Source of the DNA: Carcharhinus longimanus
Lineage: Eukaryota
Direction of reading: 5' to 3'
Length of the DNA stretch: 64,000 nt
Assembly (NCBI GenBank): GCA_030264375.1
Contig: JASCQW010000162.1
Location: forward strand, 84,758,593-84,822,592
Below are positions 25,852-39,260 of this stretch, piece by piece (the first letter of the stretch is position 1; each line of letters begins with the position of its first letter). The notes beneath the pieces were generated by a model, which searched no databases, was not told where the DNA came from, and worked only from the letters and a program-made list of their open reading frames with translations. The position numbers were made by a program, and so were the translations under genes.

Positions 25852-26035
25852 CTAGCAATCCCGTCTCATCACTTCTCAGTTTCCAAAGGGCTCTCACAGC
25901 TTGGCGAGCTACCCACTCAAATGTAGAATCCCCAATGAGGCGGCTCAGGATTCCAAACTCCACAAGCAGAGAGCCAGCTCCAGCAGTGCAGGTTTCATTA
26001 AGACAAGTTGAAGGCACCCCTTTCTTAAGATTCAC
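25852..26035 (-). CDS. EDEM1: EDEM1 exon 5 (184 nt)
   Basis: gcag|[61 protein letters not shown](G)|GTACT. Confidence 0.96.
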
Positions 26036-27807
26036 CTGCAAATTTTTGTTTTAAACAAAAAGGTAGAGTTCTTTACTTCGTGCCTTGGCATGCTGCAAAA
26101 TAAATTCAAGATCACTGGGGAATTAAACCACCACAATACTTTCAAGAATTTTTGGCTTGTTTCAGTTTGAATGAGCTTCTTTCTCTCTGTCATGTTCCAC
26201 TTGAATGAGCAATGGTAGTTCATTCATCTGTGACAAACTCTTAATATATTTTACCATGTCTTTTCTCACATCAGCATGAAGTAAAATTACCTCTTTTCAG
26301 CTGTAATTACTACTGGTGAAGTGGCTACTGCACATTGCTCATTTCTGACTGAATACCTTTCAATAAAGCAGGAACAATTTTTAATCTGCATGCCTTTAAA
26401 AGACAATCAAGATAATGCAACTTAAAATACAATTTTAAAGAGCCACAAATTGACAAATAACTTCTTTAGGTGCAGCTTGAACAATTCTGAAATCCTACAC
26501 TTCAATATTTAACTCATTTAAAATATTGCTCGCATCTGCAGCCCTTTCAGCTTATGTCAATATTTCAAGGATCGTTGAACAGAAGCAATTTCTTTTTTTA
26601 ACTGATGTGAAGCTATCAGTGTAAATTACCTGAGTTTGTGAAGGATATAATAAAAAGAAACCTTACAAAAAGAAAAAGCCCCTAGTAGGAATCTGTGAAA
26701 CACAGATTTGGCACAGGAGCTGGGACAATGTTCTTAGTCGAACTGCATTAAGGGGTGTGCCAGCCAAGGTTGGGTATTGAATACTGTGTACGCTTGGATT
26801 ACAGGAATCGAGATGATGTTTACCATGATGTTGGGCATAGAACAAAGTGGTAAACCTTTAATACAGTTAGGCTTTCATGTCAACAAACAGTAAGCTTTTT
26901 CTTTGAACTTAAGGGGATTATATCTTGACTTTTTTAAATTATACATAGGATGTTGACCAAATCAAGGTCAAGATAAGTAGATGGCACTGTATTGCATTTT
27001 AGAAGTTAATGTTCAATGAATTTTTGTGTAAAAGAAAATTAACTGCAACTTCACTATCACATGAAAGTTATTTTTATATTGGCCTTAGAGAAGTGTTTAC
27101 ACCATTAGCTTTTGGTCATCGTGTTTCACTGGAATTGGCAAGAACAGCTGCCAGAGAGCTGCATTCAAGTCATGCCAGTAACCAGACTCAGCAAATATGG
27201 CTAGTTCATATTGAAGTGTGCATAGGTGCAGGAGGGGGTGCAATAACTTGCAATAATAGAACACCTTTAAGCATCCCATTAAGGCAATGTAAAAACAACT
27301 ATAACATTACCCTGAAAACTTGAAGTAATTCCAATGGCTGGTGTTTTAGAATTTTACACGTGTTCTCCAGAGGTCTGCCTTAATTTCTGCTCCCTCTCAT
27401 CCATACACTATTCCTCACATTGCATCCAAGTCAAGCAACCTGCTCCCAAATGTTGCCAATGCTACTTCAACAGTTAAAACTCCCCAGTTTTACTTCCCCA
27501 GAGGCAATGTTAATCTCAGTTTAGCGACTCCAAAAAGCATTACAACCGAGACTATAAACCATGTCATTTGTGGGAGGGAGAAAAGAGAAAGGATGCACCA
27601 AGTACACAGGAAACCCAATGCCTCAGCCCATTATAACTTGTGTGCAAATATATAATAGTAAAGACATGAAATTCTACAAATCTAACACTCAGATTATGAG
27701 CAAAGTTTTCAGTTTTGTCAATGTAATGGAATGCTTGACAATTTTATAATGCTTTAAAGATAGGAAAAGAAAGCAACACTTTATAACCCGAACACTCTGT
27801 CACATAC

Positions 27808-27979
27808 CCTAGGGTGAGGAATGCCAGTACTGGTGTTTTCAAAAGCTGGCAGCAATCTCATAGCCAAGTCACGAGCCAAATGAAGTAACTCATCATCATA
27901 ACCATCTGGAGTCATGTTTCCAAAAGGCTGAGCAGGGTCCATGATAATCATATGTGCAGATAGCAGGCTTCCCAAAATC
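27808..27979 (-). CDS. EDEM1: EDEM1 exon 4 (172 nt)
   Basis: tag|[58 protein letters not shown]|GTATG. Confidence 0.96.
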
Positions 27980-28944
27980 CTACATTGGAACAAAACACTG
28001 TTCAAGCACAAGGTGGAAATAGCTGTTCTTGGAGGAGGAAAGGAAGTAGCTATTTGGTGACCTAATTGCAATTTTAATCTAAAAAAAATCAATTAGCATT
28101 TAACACAGAAATTAAGGAATAGAAAAATATATCTGATAAGGAAAAAGCCCTCATCATTTTCAATTTGCTTTTCTACCCTCCTGTGCATGGATACCCTACT
28201 ACGAAGCACACTCCAGTACCTAAGTTAAGTGATCATTTCTTAATGCAGGAGCTTAGGTAGTGAGCGTGAGCAAGTCACTGAGTGCCGAAACAAAAATGTA
28301 ATAACTAATGGAATGTCAAGCTTTATCTCACAGGGGCTACGACACGGAGAATGGAGGTTATATTTCAGCTGTACAGAGTTATACCATAGCTCACAAAATA
28401 TATACTGGCCTTGAAAGGCATACAATGCAGATTGTCTAGAATGATTTCAAGTTATAATTATGAGGACAATGTGTGTAAACTTGGCATGTTCTCTTGAAAA
28501 GGTTACGGGGCGGTCTAATCAAGCCATTTAAATTAAATTATCTGATAGCATTAGTGGGGGGGAGGAGAATCCAGAGTGAGTGGCTATAATTTTAAAATTA
28601 AACTTATGCAATTTCAGTGAAATTTGATAATACGTTGTTTTAAAAATAAAACAAAAGTTGACCACATTTCTTCTAGTCAGGAATTCGCTCCCTCCAAAAG
28701 GCTGTGGAAGCCGGGTGAATTGAATTGTATGAGTAAGCTTTTAAGTAAAGATAGTTATGAATATGGAGCAAAGGCAATGATCTAACAGGCTTGGGGCTGA
28801 CTGGTCCACCTCCATACCCAGGCTTGTTTGTTCATCGTTATTGACAAGCTTGACACTCTGCTCACCCAACACAGATTACCAGGAAGGAGTTCTTGAATGG
28901 AGCAGAATCTTCAAGATACAAGAATTAGAGGATCTGTGGCTCAC

Positions 28945-29048
28945 CTGATGGTTGCCTCGAAGACTTGCACGGTTGAATCTTTATTAAAAGAGACTGTGCT
29001 AGTCACCAGCTTCACTGCTCTCTTAAATTCTGAAGCATTGCCCAAAAC
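28945..29048 (-). CDS. EDEM1: EDEM1 exon 3 (104 nt)
   Basis: gcag|[34 protein letters not shown](R)|GTGAG. Contains the catalytic Glu of VFEATIR. Confidence 0.96.
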
Positions 29049-31969
29049 CTGCAGAGCAAAACAAATAATGTATAAAATTCATTTTTAAAAATACATCCTC
29101 ACACTAATCAGTGTGAAATTAGAAAAAGCTGCAAAATGAATACGTTTTAAACATGGTATGAGATGTGTGTTGCAAAATAAGGATCCACAGTATGAAATGG
29201 CAAGTGGTCTTAGCTATTCCATTCATAATAATTCATATTATCCAGCCATAAATTCCCATTGAACACGTTCTTCCTTTGAACTCCAATTTAGCACTGTGTT
29301 TAATATGACAATTTACAGCGGAAAGCATAATCAAAGTAGGCATGTCAACCAATACAGCACAATATTTGAATTGGGGATATGGAGAAAGGGGAGAAGAAAG
29401 AGGAAATATTAATAAGGGGAATATAAATATTGACTTGGCATAACCCCAAGTTAGAATTTCAGCCAATCTCGCATAGAAGGAAATAGGGTTTATTCTCACT
29501 GCTCCCTACACAAAGGGATAGCAATCTTGGGCTTGCCTCAGAGAGAAATCAGTCAGAAGCCGGGTAATTAACAAAAGCCACCCAAAAATATTCCAGCTAG
29601 TCTAGACTGCCACAGACGGAAGTCGAGCTCCAGATTTCCAGCCTATATATTCTGGAAAAGGCAGGCATGCACTGGCGGGTGGAAGACTGCCCTAAAACTC
29701 CACATATTAACTCTACAAACCTGGCACACTAAAGAGTGAAGTAATACATGTACAGAACACGACTGCAATGTATCTACATACCTCTAGGTAAAAATGAGAT
29801 ACTTTCTGGAAGGCAGATTTTGGAATACAACATGTCCCAGTAAAATTATAAAGTTTATTTGTGTCACAAGCTCACATTAACACTACAATTACTGCAAAAA
29901 TCCATGTGTCACATTTGCAATTTTTCAGCATTTTGAAACAGTATAACTTCAAATTGCCATATCCAATGTGCACATCTATATTTCACTTTCCTTATCTGAG
30001 CCCCAGCTACAAATTCACTATGTTGTCACTCCAACTTTTCACAATGGCAAGTTGTGAAATTCATTTCAAAATTCTAGTAATGAGTGGACCAGCAAAATAT
30101 GTCTGACCATGAAAGCTGAAGGCTTGTTGTCAAAACCCAATTAATCAAGTCTAGCTCACAACTGATGTCACACATTAAACCGTTTCCAGCCCCATAGGCT
30201 ACTATGCTAAAGGGTCTTAGGCAGTGGGTCCTGCTATGGTCAGATATTCACACCATTTCCTAAGTCACTATAGCCATAGGTTTTCTATATTCAGCTGTGA
30301 TATAAAAAATAAGTATTCAACGATCAAGCTTTCATCACCGGATTTCAAAACCTCTGAACAACCAGTTAAACTATCAAATGGCATTTGTCGACAAACATCT
30401 GGATAGTTTTGTTGGAATTTAGTCTACTGCAAGAAACAAGATTGTAAATTTATAAAAACAAATTTCCTGCTGATGCTGATATCCAAAACAAAAACAGAAA
30501 ACGCTGGAAAATCTCAACAGGTCTGACAGCATTTGTGGAGAAAAAATGGAACTAATGTTTAAGTCTGGATACATCTTGGTCAGAATTGTAATTTTATCAA
30601 ATTAAATGGGAAAGCTCAGTTTGTTTAGAAACTGTTCCACCTAATTGAGAAATGCAATGGTGCACTGACATTCACACAACAAACATTAGTTTATGGCAGC
30701 CATCATTTATCATTTAACTACCTCAAAGCATCAGTCTAATTTAAGTGGCAATTTCTTAAAATTACAATGGCAGGTAATTGCAATTAACTGTCTGATCTTC
30801 ACCCAAAACCCTGGAAAAACTTGCTATTGAATCCACATTTTTGTGGAGAAGAAATTTACCTGAATGCCACAAAATTTGAAGAACACAAAGCACAATATTT
30901 AAGTTTGTGTTACAAGTAGACTTACATTAACACTGCAATGAAATTACTGTGAAAATCCAACATTTTTTAATACTTCATACATTATTGGCAACTTCCCACA
31001 ATAACAAAACGCAAAGCCTTATATTTCTCATAGCTTGGGTATAAATCCACACAAAGCTTTCAAGCCGAAATCTTCCAACCACCAGCATCTTGTTATAAAT
31101 CAAGCAGATCAAACTGAAGCTTACTAAATTACAAATGTTATTCTACCAGAGGAAATCAATAAGGAATACAGTACTCATTATTATTCTGATATTTAGAAGT
31201 AAACTTTTCAAGAAGCCTGAATGAGAAGTGTTGAAGTGTTATGCCAAATAAGAGGTACGGATGCTACAAATGTTACAAAGAAAACCTCAATCAGTTGATC
31301 ATCTAAATTAAGGTCCATGAGCAACAATGTTAGTTCTATAGTAACTATTTTACTTCTGTCACCCATCTCTTAATGTAAAGATCTCTGCCCTTTCACGTCT
31401 TTTTTTTCTGAGACCAAGATTTCACAGCTGCATTGTTTAAGAAACATGCAATTCTGTCTCAGTCTTACTGCAGCTGCATGCTACTTCCTGATGACTTGCT
31501 TTACTTTTGGGGATTGTAGTGCCAATTGCTCCTCTGTGCACTGTGCTTTGCAGACAAGGACCCTTCCAACAGCATTTCCTAGTGAAATAATAATGGCCAT
31601 TTGTAACTCCCTCGACATTATTCACTGGTAATCTGCTGAGGTCTCAGATAGGCACATGCCTCAACCACAGCTGTTTCTAATGCTCAGGGTGCACTGCTGC
31701 CAATTCAGTGTGTTGTATTACAAGACATCAAAAAGTTAACTATCCTCACCAGTTTTTGCTGTAATCTGACTAGTCACTGCACCAATAAGAAAGCAAAGGA
31801 TAACCTTACAATCTAGCAAAGACCCAAGACAAGAGTCCAGTATATCAGTGTAACATGACTGAAGCATGATAGGTACAAAAGACCTGGTTAACTTTACACG
31901 TACAAATGCACATTTTTGATCTTCACTTATGCTAGTCTAATTAAAAACTCACCCTAGCTATGACTGTAA

Positions 31970-32090
31970 CACTACATTCTGCAGTCTCCTTTCCTTCTCT
32001 ATGAACGGTATGCTTTGTTTGTATAGAATGCAAGAAACAATACTTTTCACTGTGTACTAATACGTCACAATAATAAACCAAATCAGAATC
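31970..32090 (+). mobile_element. LINE 3' UTR fragment (Rex1/Babar-like tail, tentative)
   Basis: cttttcactgtgtac...gtcacaataataaaccaaatcagaatc. A related piece lies in minus orientation at about 19697-19752. Confidence 0.5.
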
Positions 32091-32329
32091 ACTGTTAGTA
32101 TATGCAGCAAACACACTCAACTGCCATCCTATTGAGAATGTCACAAACCTCTTCTTGCATTTAAGAATTTAATTTTTTTTACCAAGTATTCAGGCTCTCA
32201 AAGAGTATGCAATTTTAACAAGTAAAAGCACTGAATAAGGAACCAGTTTATCTTTTTCTCATGAACCAAACTGAAGATATCCTGTTCTCAAATGTACATT
32301 TAGTTTGAACAATAGAGAAGACTAATGTT

Positions 32330-32580
32330 GTGGTTAACACTGCTGCCTCTCAGTGCCAGGGTTCGATTTCCGGCTTGGGTCACTGTCTGTGTGGAGTTTG
32401 CACGTTCAGTCTGTGCCTGCTGGGTTTCCTCCAGGTGCTCTGGTTTCCTCCCACAGTCTGAAAGTCACGCCAGTTAGGTGCATTGCCCCAAATAGGCATT
32501 GAATGTGGCAACGGGGGGAATTCCACATTAACTGCAGTGTTAATGTAAGCCTAATGGGACTAATAAATAAACTTTAACTT
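32330..32580 (+). mobile_element. tRNA-derived V-SINE-like element
   Basis: GTGGTTAACAC...GGTTCGATT boxes, V-domain tgtctgtgtggagtttgcacgttc, A-rich tail. Confidence 0.8.
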
Positions 32581-35500
32581 TTAAACTTCCACTATAAATG
32601 ATTCATACTAGGGGTACTTCTATATTTGTCACAAGCTACTGTAAATCTTGCAATTCCCTCTATTACCGAGTACTTTCTGTCAAAATATAAGTCTAGGACG
32701 CAAATCAAAATTTCTAAAATGGCCAAAGTATAACAATTTTAAAACAACTCTGTATTTGTTTGTTAAGGAGGGCAAAATCTGGGTCTAGATTCACAGCGTT
32801 TTGGGGAGTTGGATACTAGCAAGTCTGGAGCTTTGTTTGTACGTATGCATTTTTAATGAGCTTTTACTGCTGAAGAGATGGACTATCAAAGGGTGAGTAG
32901 TTCAGTCAAGTTAAAACATAAAAAATAGAAAAACCTCATACTGTTGCCAAGCAACAGTGGTCCAGAGAATGAAATAAGGAGGATTATTCAGTCAGTCTGT
33001 GGATTCCTGAGAGTGTAGGCAGAAAGTTAAATTTAAGGAAGAAATCCTGCAGACTGCAGGGAAAGTGAGTTTGGGGAACTGATGAGTTTGCTGTGAAGTT
33101 ATGAAACAGTGACATTACACTGCGGTTTCTTTGTGTGTTTCACAGATATCAAAGGAAGGAACAGCATCTAGTGAACGTTCACAGGTCCACCAGAAGAAAA
33201 AACTGTTTGAAACTGAGCTAGCTCAAGCTATGGCGTTGAGAAAGTATGCCGGACAGAATATTGCTGAGATAAAAGGAACAGTACAAGTTGAACTATTTTC
33301 TGTTATTTGTACTGAATTCTAACTTTTTGTCATATATGTTGTTAATTTTTCTTGTTAATAACCGTTTTATTCGATGGTGTAACAAAAGAAATAAGCAATG
33401 TACTCCATGCTGGTTGCAGCTGTCAATGTGGCACTGTTACTGGAGCAACCATGACTGAATGCTAATTTTTGTACAATACTTGTGCATAACGATATCAGTT
33501 TATCACAAAGTTTGCATAAAATATTGATGCTTTTATCACTGATTTTTACAGAATCTACTCTAATCCAGCAGTGCCAGCTCACATACCTCCTCCTTCTAAA
33601 TCATACTCGAAACCAGGAGAGCTGTCGTTTTTATTCCTATGTAAACCCAATGCTAAATTCCCAGATGGTAAAGCTGACATGTTTTAAGCATATCCAGGGA
33701 ACACAAACTACTTTTTAAAGTCAACACATCAAATTGAATGGCATATCCAACTCAAATACTGGGATTCCATCCAAGTGGTCCAAGATCAACTCTGGTCTTA
33801 TAACAATTTGTTTCAGGAGGGCAATATTGGACTGACTATCCTGCTGGTACTTTATCCATTTATGTTTCCACAGTGAAACCAACAAGCTGTCATAAAATAC
33901 TAGGTCTCTGCAGCTACTAGCATCAAACAAGTTGTGTCTAACTGCAGCTTGCCACTATTTAGTCAAAAGGGTAATGTCACTAACTATCTTTTTACATTAC
34001 CACAAAGGATAAACATCTTTGGAACAATTCAACAACAATAGTACAATTCTGCGAAGTTCACAGTTTTAGATCTGTTTGGTACTTAGAAATTCTCAATTCC
34101 AACAGATGCATTGTAAAATTATTACTAATCACTTAATGCAAATTAGCAGATGATCAAGAATTGTTTGAGGAAGGTTTATACATGGATGAATATATACATT
34201 GCATACATACAATATGCAATACTGTGGCCCCATCACTGGGAACAAGAGAACAAATCCATACAAAAGGAGACAATTTATTCATTTGACATTCAATCTAATT
34301 AGTTACATTTTTAAAAGAATTTTGCATTGTAGATACAATGATATCTATTTGGCAGTTTCTGGGTGTATATTCTTACATTCTTAGTATTCCACATTTGCAC
34401 CTTAAATTATACAGTCAATTCACTGAAAGTTCATATTAGTATTCATTAGAACCTCATCATTGCAAGACTACGACCTCAATTATAATTTCTCTATCCTTTA
34501 AGTATGCATGTTTGCTTTCTCCTCAACCTCCAACCTGTCCCTCCAAATGCAAAGAAATTTCAAAATGATTTCATCAAGACATTTTATTTCAAAAACTTGT
34601 TTCTTGCAATGTTCACTCAGAAGGAATTGCAGCAAATTGCAAATGATTTCTCAGCTTCTGTCACAAATATTACAGCACCTCTAATGTAAATGATGGTAAA
34701 TAAGGTAATCAATGCCACCCAATTAATATGCAGGTAAATGTGGCTGTGACATGGTGACTATAATTTCTTTTGTGATTAATTGCAAGGAATTAGCTGTACA
34801 CCAAGATCTGCTACAAGGGCTGGCGATATGATATGATGGACACGCAGCCAAGATCTGGTGCTATGCAGAATGAGGCAAGGGGACAATACAATCTAATTTT
34901 AACTCTTCATGACACAGCACAAATGTCACATGGGATGTCATAAAAAGCTTCTTAAAAGATGCAACTTTCATTGCCTCTACTTGACTACAATAGACAGAGA
35001 GAGAACGCTATGGAAGCATTAAGTAGGAGCTGTATCCTACTTGAGAGAATTTACTGCTAAGCTTCTGCTGGGGCTTTTCAATGCCTCTGGGCACTGGTCT
35101 ACATGAGAACAGCTACAGGAATGAAGTTGCTCAGTAGGAAATTAAATGAACTTGCATGCTATCAAAGTGGCCTTTATCGCATCAAGTGCTGAGACATGCA
35201 ACAAAGGAAAACACTTGTTTGCATGGCATAATTCAATTGGCCAAACCTTAAAACCACAAGCACATCCACAGTTATGAAAAGAGTAACGTTTTAACGTAAT
35301 CGCTTTTCTTTAAAGGATGAATACAATAAATTCCTACCACAACCAAATTTGTCTTACCAAAAGAAAAAATTTAAATTAAAAGGAAGTAATTCTAGTTGAG
35401 TTAAAACACAACAGCATTATAAAAAAGAGAAAGACTTAGTCTACCTAGTCTGTTCCAAATTTAGGTCACCTTCATAATGTACACACTTTCTACAACTGTA

Positions 35501-35864
35501 ACTTCAAAGAGATACTGTATATCTTAATGTTACACAATTAATGCAAATAATAACTGAAACTAAAAGGATTTCCTGTTAATTTGTACACTCTTAGCTGCAG
35601 CAGTACAATTCACAAGCACCATGAATCAAATTTTTAATTTCACTCAAGATCATATCATTTCTTACTGCACTGCAAAACTGATAACACCACAACACATCTG
35701 GGGTCTTGTGAATGTCTGGTATGAATACATTTTTTAACCAATGAAATTTAAAGACAGAGGAAAAAAGAGATAATAAAGAAAAAGGGGAAAGAAAGTGAAG
35801 AGAAATGAGAAAGAAAAAGAAAAACAGAAGAGATTGTGGTCATGTTGAGTTTGGAAATTGTTGT

Positions 35865-36150
35865 ACAAAGAACAAAGAACAACCCAGCACGGGAAACAGG
35901 CCCTTCGGCCCAACAAGCCCGCGCCGCCACATCACNNNNNNNNNNNNNNNNNNNNNNNNNNNNNNNNNNNNNNNNNNNNNNNNNNNNNNNNNNNNNNNNN
36001 NNNNNNNNNNNNNNNNNNNNNNNNNNNNNNNNNNNCCTTCCCAATCTGTGTCCTGCAGCTCCCTCCTAATCCTGCTATAGTTTGCCTTCCCCCAGTTCAG
36101 CACACTCCCGTTGTATTGGCCCTTGAGAAGTTAAGGCATAAACGGAAGGA
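35865..36150 (-). mobile_element. Young CR1-like LINE spanning a gap
   Basis: Tandem (acaaaga)n tail, CpG-retaining 3' hairpin ggcccttcggccc, and LNWGKANYSRIRRELQDTDWE. Confidence 0.8.
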
Positions 36151-37087
36151 TTAGTCTGTGGAACACAAACATTTTTATTCATGTTCTGTAACCCCAAATT
36201 ATTTTCAGTAATAAATCTAATTTGAGAGAGTACCAAAACAGATTTGCCATGAAAATGACTGCCTTCTGTCTCAAATAGGAATGTGGATGGCAAAGACTAG
36301 TATAAAGATATTGCGAAGAAAGATGAAGTTAAAAATTTCTAGGAACAAACCATCAGATGCGAGAGAAAACACGCAAACTATATTTTTTCTGTCCAAGTCT
36401 CCAAGGTTGAGTGCCATGGTGTGACGGGCTTGGTTTATGATATGAATCATCAGTCTTTAATGGCAGTGGCAATATTAATTCCCACTTACTGCAAATCCAG
36501 CAATTACATGCTGGAGAGCTTACAAAGATGGTCATCTTGCAAGAGGGAGTGATGCAAGTTATTCAGCAGTTAATGGGTAATTGGGACTCAGGATGCACCT
36601 CCTCTTTGTTGTAAATTATGCGCCAATCAAGGCTGGAACATAAACATATTGTCTTTTCAGCAATTTCTGGGTCATTGAATTCTAACTGAGACACTGCTAA
36701 CCTATGATGTTGAGGTGTCAAAGTCACCATTCATTTATGCAGAATTTCATGATCACAGAAACAGTTTGATTAAAGCAATCTTGCTTACTGATCAAATACA
36801 GTGACCAAGACTGTTGCCACGGATATGTACAACCAGAAATTTTTTGGTGAAAAAAGTTGGATGATGAAAAGTCTGGATAATGAATTTTAGAAGATTTAAA
36901 CCCAGTGTACAAATTTCCAAATAACCTCATAGCTAAAACAGATTATAGAAGATCTTTCCAAGCAAAAATATAAGGTTCCAAATAAAATTACTTTGGAAAA
37001 TCAAAAATCTTGCAAAACCAAAGTAAACACTTAATAAAAAGAATGTCAAGATCTACCGAGCCAAGTTACTAAACATCTGTTACTCAC

Positions 37088-37160
37088 CGCTAGTGTATCA
37101 AGTGCATCAATCAGTGTTAAGGAATAGTTCCCAAGGACGTCATTAATGTTTATGTTTGAA
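37088..37160 (-). CDS. EDEM1: EDEM1 exon 2 (73 nt)
   Basis: ctag|T TCA AAC... encodes [24 protein letters not shown], then |GTGAGT. Too short to appear in the ORF track. Confidence 0.96.
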
Positions 37161-38624
37161 CTAGAAGGAAAACAAAATCAATTAACAGTTCCAAAAGCAA
37201 AATTAACCCAATTTATTTCCAATTGGGATTAGGAAAGGAGTTAGTCATCAATACCAAGAAAATTGTCACGTCTCCTCCGTGAGAACTTCTGTGGCAAACA
37301 TTTTGTAACCTGTTCACAGTTCTGCAAACTAGCAGAATGGAGCTGGACTAACTTTAATCAACTACATGAAAACTGTTTTCAAAACCTAAATCTCCACTAG
37401 TGTCAGCACAAAATCCTCAGGGGTTTGAGAGGAAAGAAGCAGAAGGGCTTACTTTTGTTGACAGCTACGATGAGATACCAAAGTTGGGAAGGTAGAGTTG
37501 AGCCATAGAATCAGCCATGATTTTAGTGACTAACAGAGTAAGCTCAATGGCAGAATACCCTATGGATACTCCCACTGCCTATGTTGTAAGATGATATGCC
37601 TGCAATCTATCACAACTGATGCTAAAGATCATAAGGAGTAGCTTTTATTTAAAGATGATCTGCAATGTAACATAAATTAAGGACTTGCGTATGTAGGCAC
37701 ACAGAAATCCAATACTTTGCTTAACTGTAATAACACACAAACTAAGACGACCTGAGAATTAAGTTCTCTTTTATAGAAAATACTTCAATTTACCATGCAA
37801 AACGTCAGATAGAGTGCTCTGTTGGCCGGGGGTGGGGGGGGGGTTCCTTCTTTTCTGAAGCCTACGCACACAACTTCAAGCGGACCGTTCAGAAGCCGCA
37901 ATGAAATAAAGTGTTAACTCTGTTTCTGCGACACATCATTAAACAAACATGCAAGATTTTTCACTGTGGATGTCTGAACATTATCAATCCTTTCTAAACT
38001 GTGGGAACGCATGGTAATATTAAATGAGATTTTCAAAATACTCCATTCAACCCATAGCCACATTTAAGTGGATTTATGAAGTGAAATCAGTAAATAGTTA
38101 CTGAAAATCAAAGTAGTGCAGATGCTGGAAGAAGAAATTCAGGTAGCATCTGTGGAGAAACCAAATGAATTTAGCAAGACAGGTATAAACAATTCATCAA
38201 ATTGCAGTTTTGATTAAGGGTCCAGATTTAAAACATTTGACTCATTTATTCTCTTCGTAGATGCTGCTTAACCTGAGTATTTTCATCATTGCCTATTTTT
38301 GTTACATATTAAACTGCTGTAATGGCTGCTGCACCCCATGCCACTATGGTTATTTTCGGATCCACAGTGGAAGGCACTATCAGGGAATTCAGAGATCTTT
38401 TGCAGCTGTTTTGCCAAAAAGGGCCAAAAACGTTGCCCTTTCTATGAAATTCCATTCTACTATTTGTTGATTATCCTGAATCACTTAAACTCCCTAGAAA
38501 TTTTAGTACACTCTCAATGTTAATTTAACTTTCACATTTATATTTTTAAAATCAAGATTCACCGATCCAGAAACATTTGATAAAATTATGTAATCATCCA
38601 CAGCTTCCAATGGAGCTTACATGG

Positions 38625-39260
38625 AGAGGACAACTGAATGCCATCATACTTGAATCATAGAAGGTTAGCCTGCAGGTACAGACAATAATTCTGAAGTCAA
38701 ATGGAATGTTGGCCTTTGTTGCAAAGTGAGGTGAAATGTACAAGTAGGGAAGTCTTGTTACAAAACTAATATTATACACCGTATGATATTAGTAAGACTA
38801 CATCTAGAGCACGATGTGCAATTTTGGTCTCCTAACTTTCTTGTCTTGCAAGCAATTCAGGTTTACTCGGCTGACTCCTGGGATGAAGGTATGGAAGGCT
38901 TATACTTATCAGGGTTCAGAAGAACACAGAATCTTGAGGGCATTTTACCTTGTAGGGAATTTCAAATCAGGATACGAAGTTCCAAAATTAGGATTCTCCC
39001 ATTTAAGCTCAAGATGAGGGAAGACTTCTGAGTTATTGAATTCTGTCCCCAGAGAGCAGGGGAGGCTGGGTAATTTAATGTATTCAAGGTTGAGTCAGAC
39101 AGATTTTTGATTTACAAGGGAATTATGGATTATTGGGGCAGATAGGAAAATGGAGTTGAGTGCAAACAAATCAGCCAAATTAAATTTGAATGGAATACTG
39201 AAGGGAAGAGGGCTCACAAGACCAAATCGCCTACTCTTGCTCCTATTTTTTATGTTCTTA
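38625..39260 (+). mobile_element. Degenerate CR1 3' portion
   Basis: LVRLHLEHDVQFWSP and a CR1 3' UTR tail. Confidence 0.75.
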
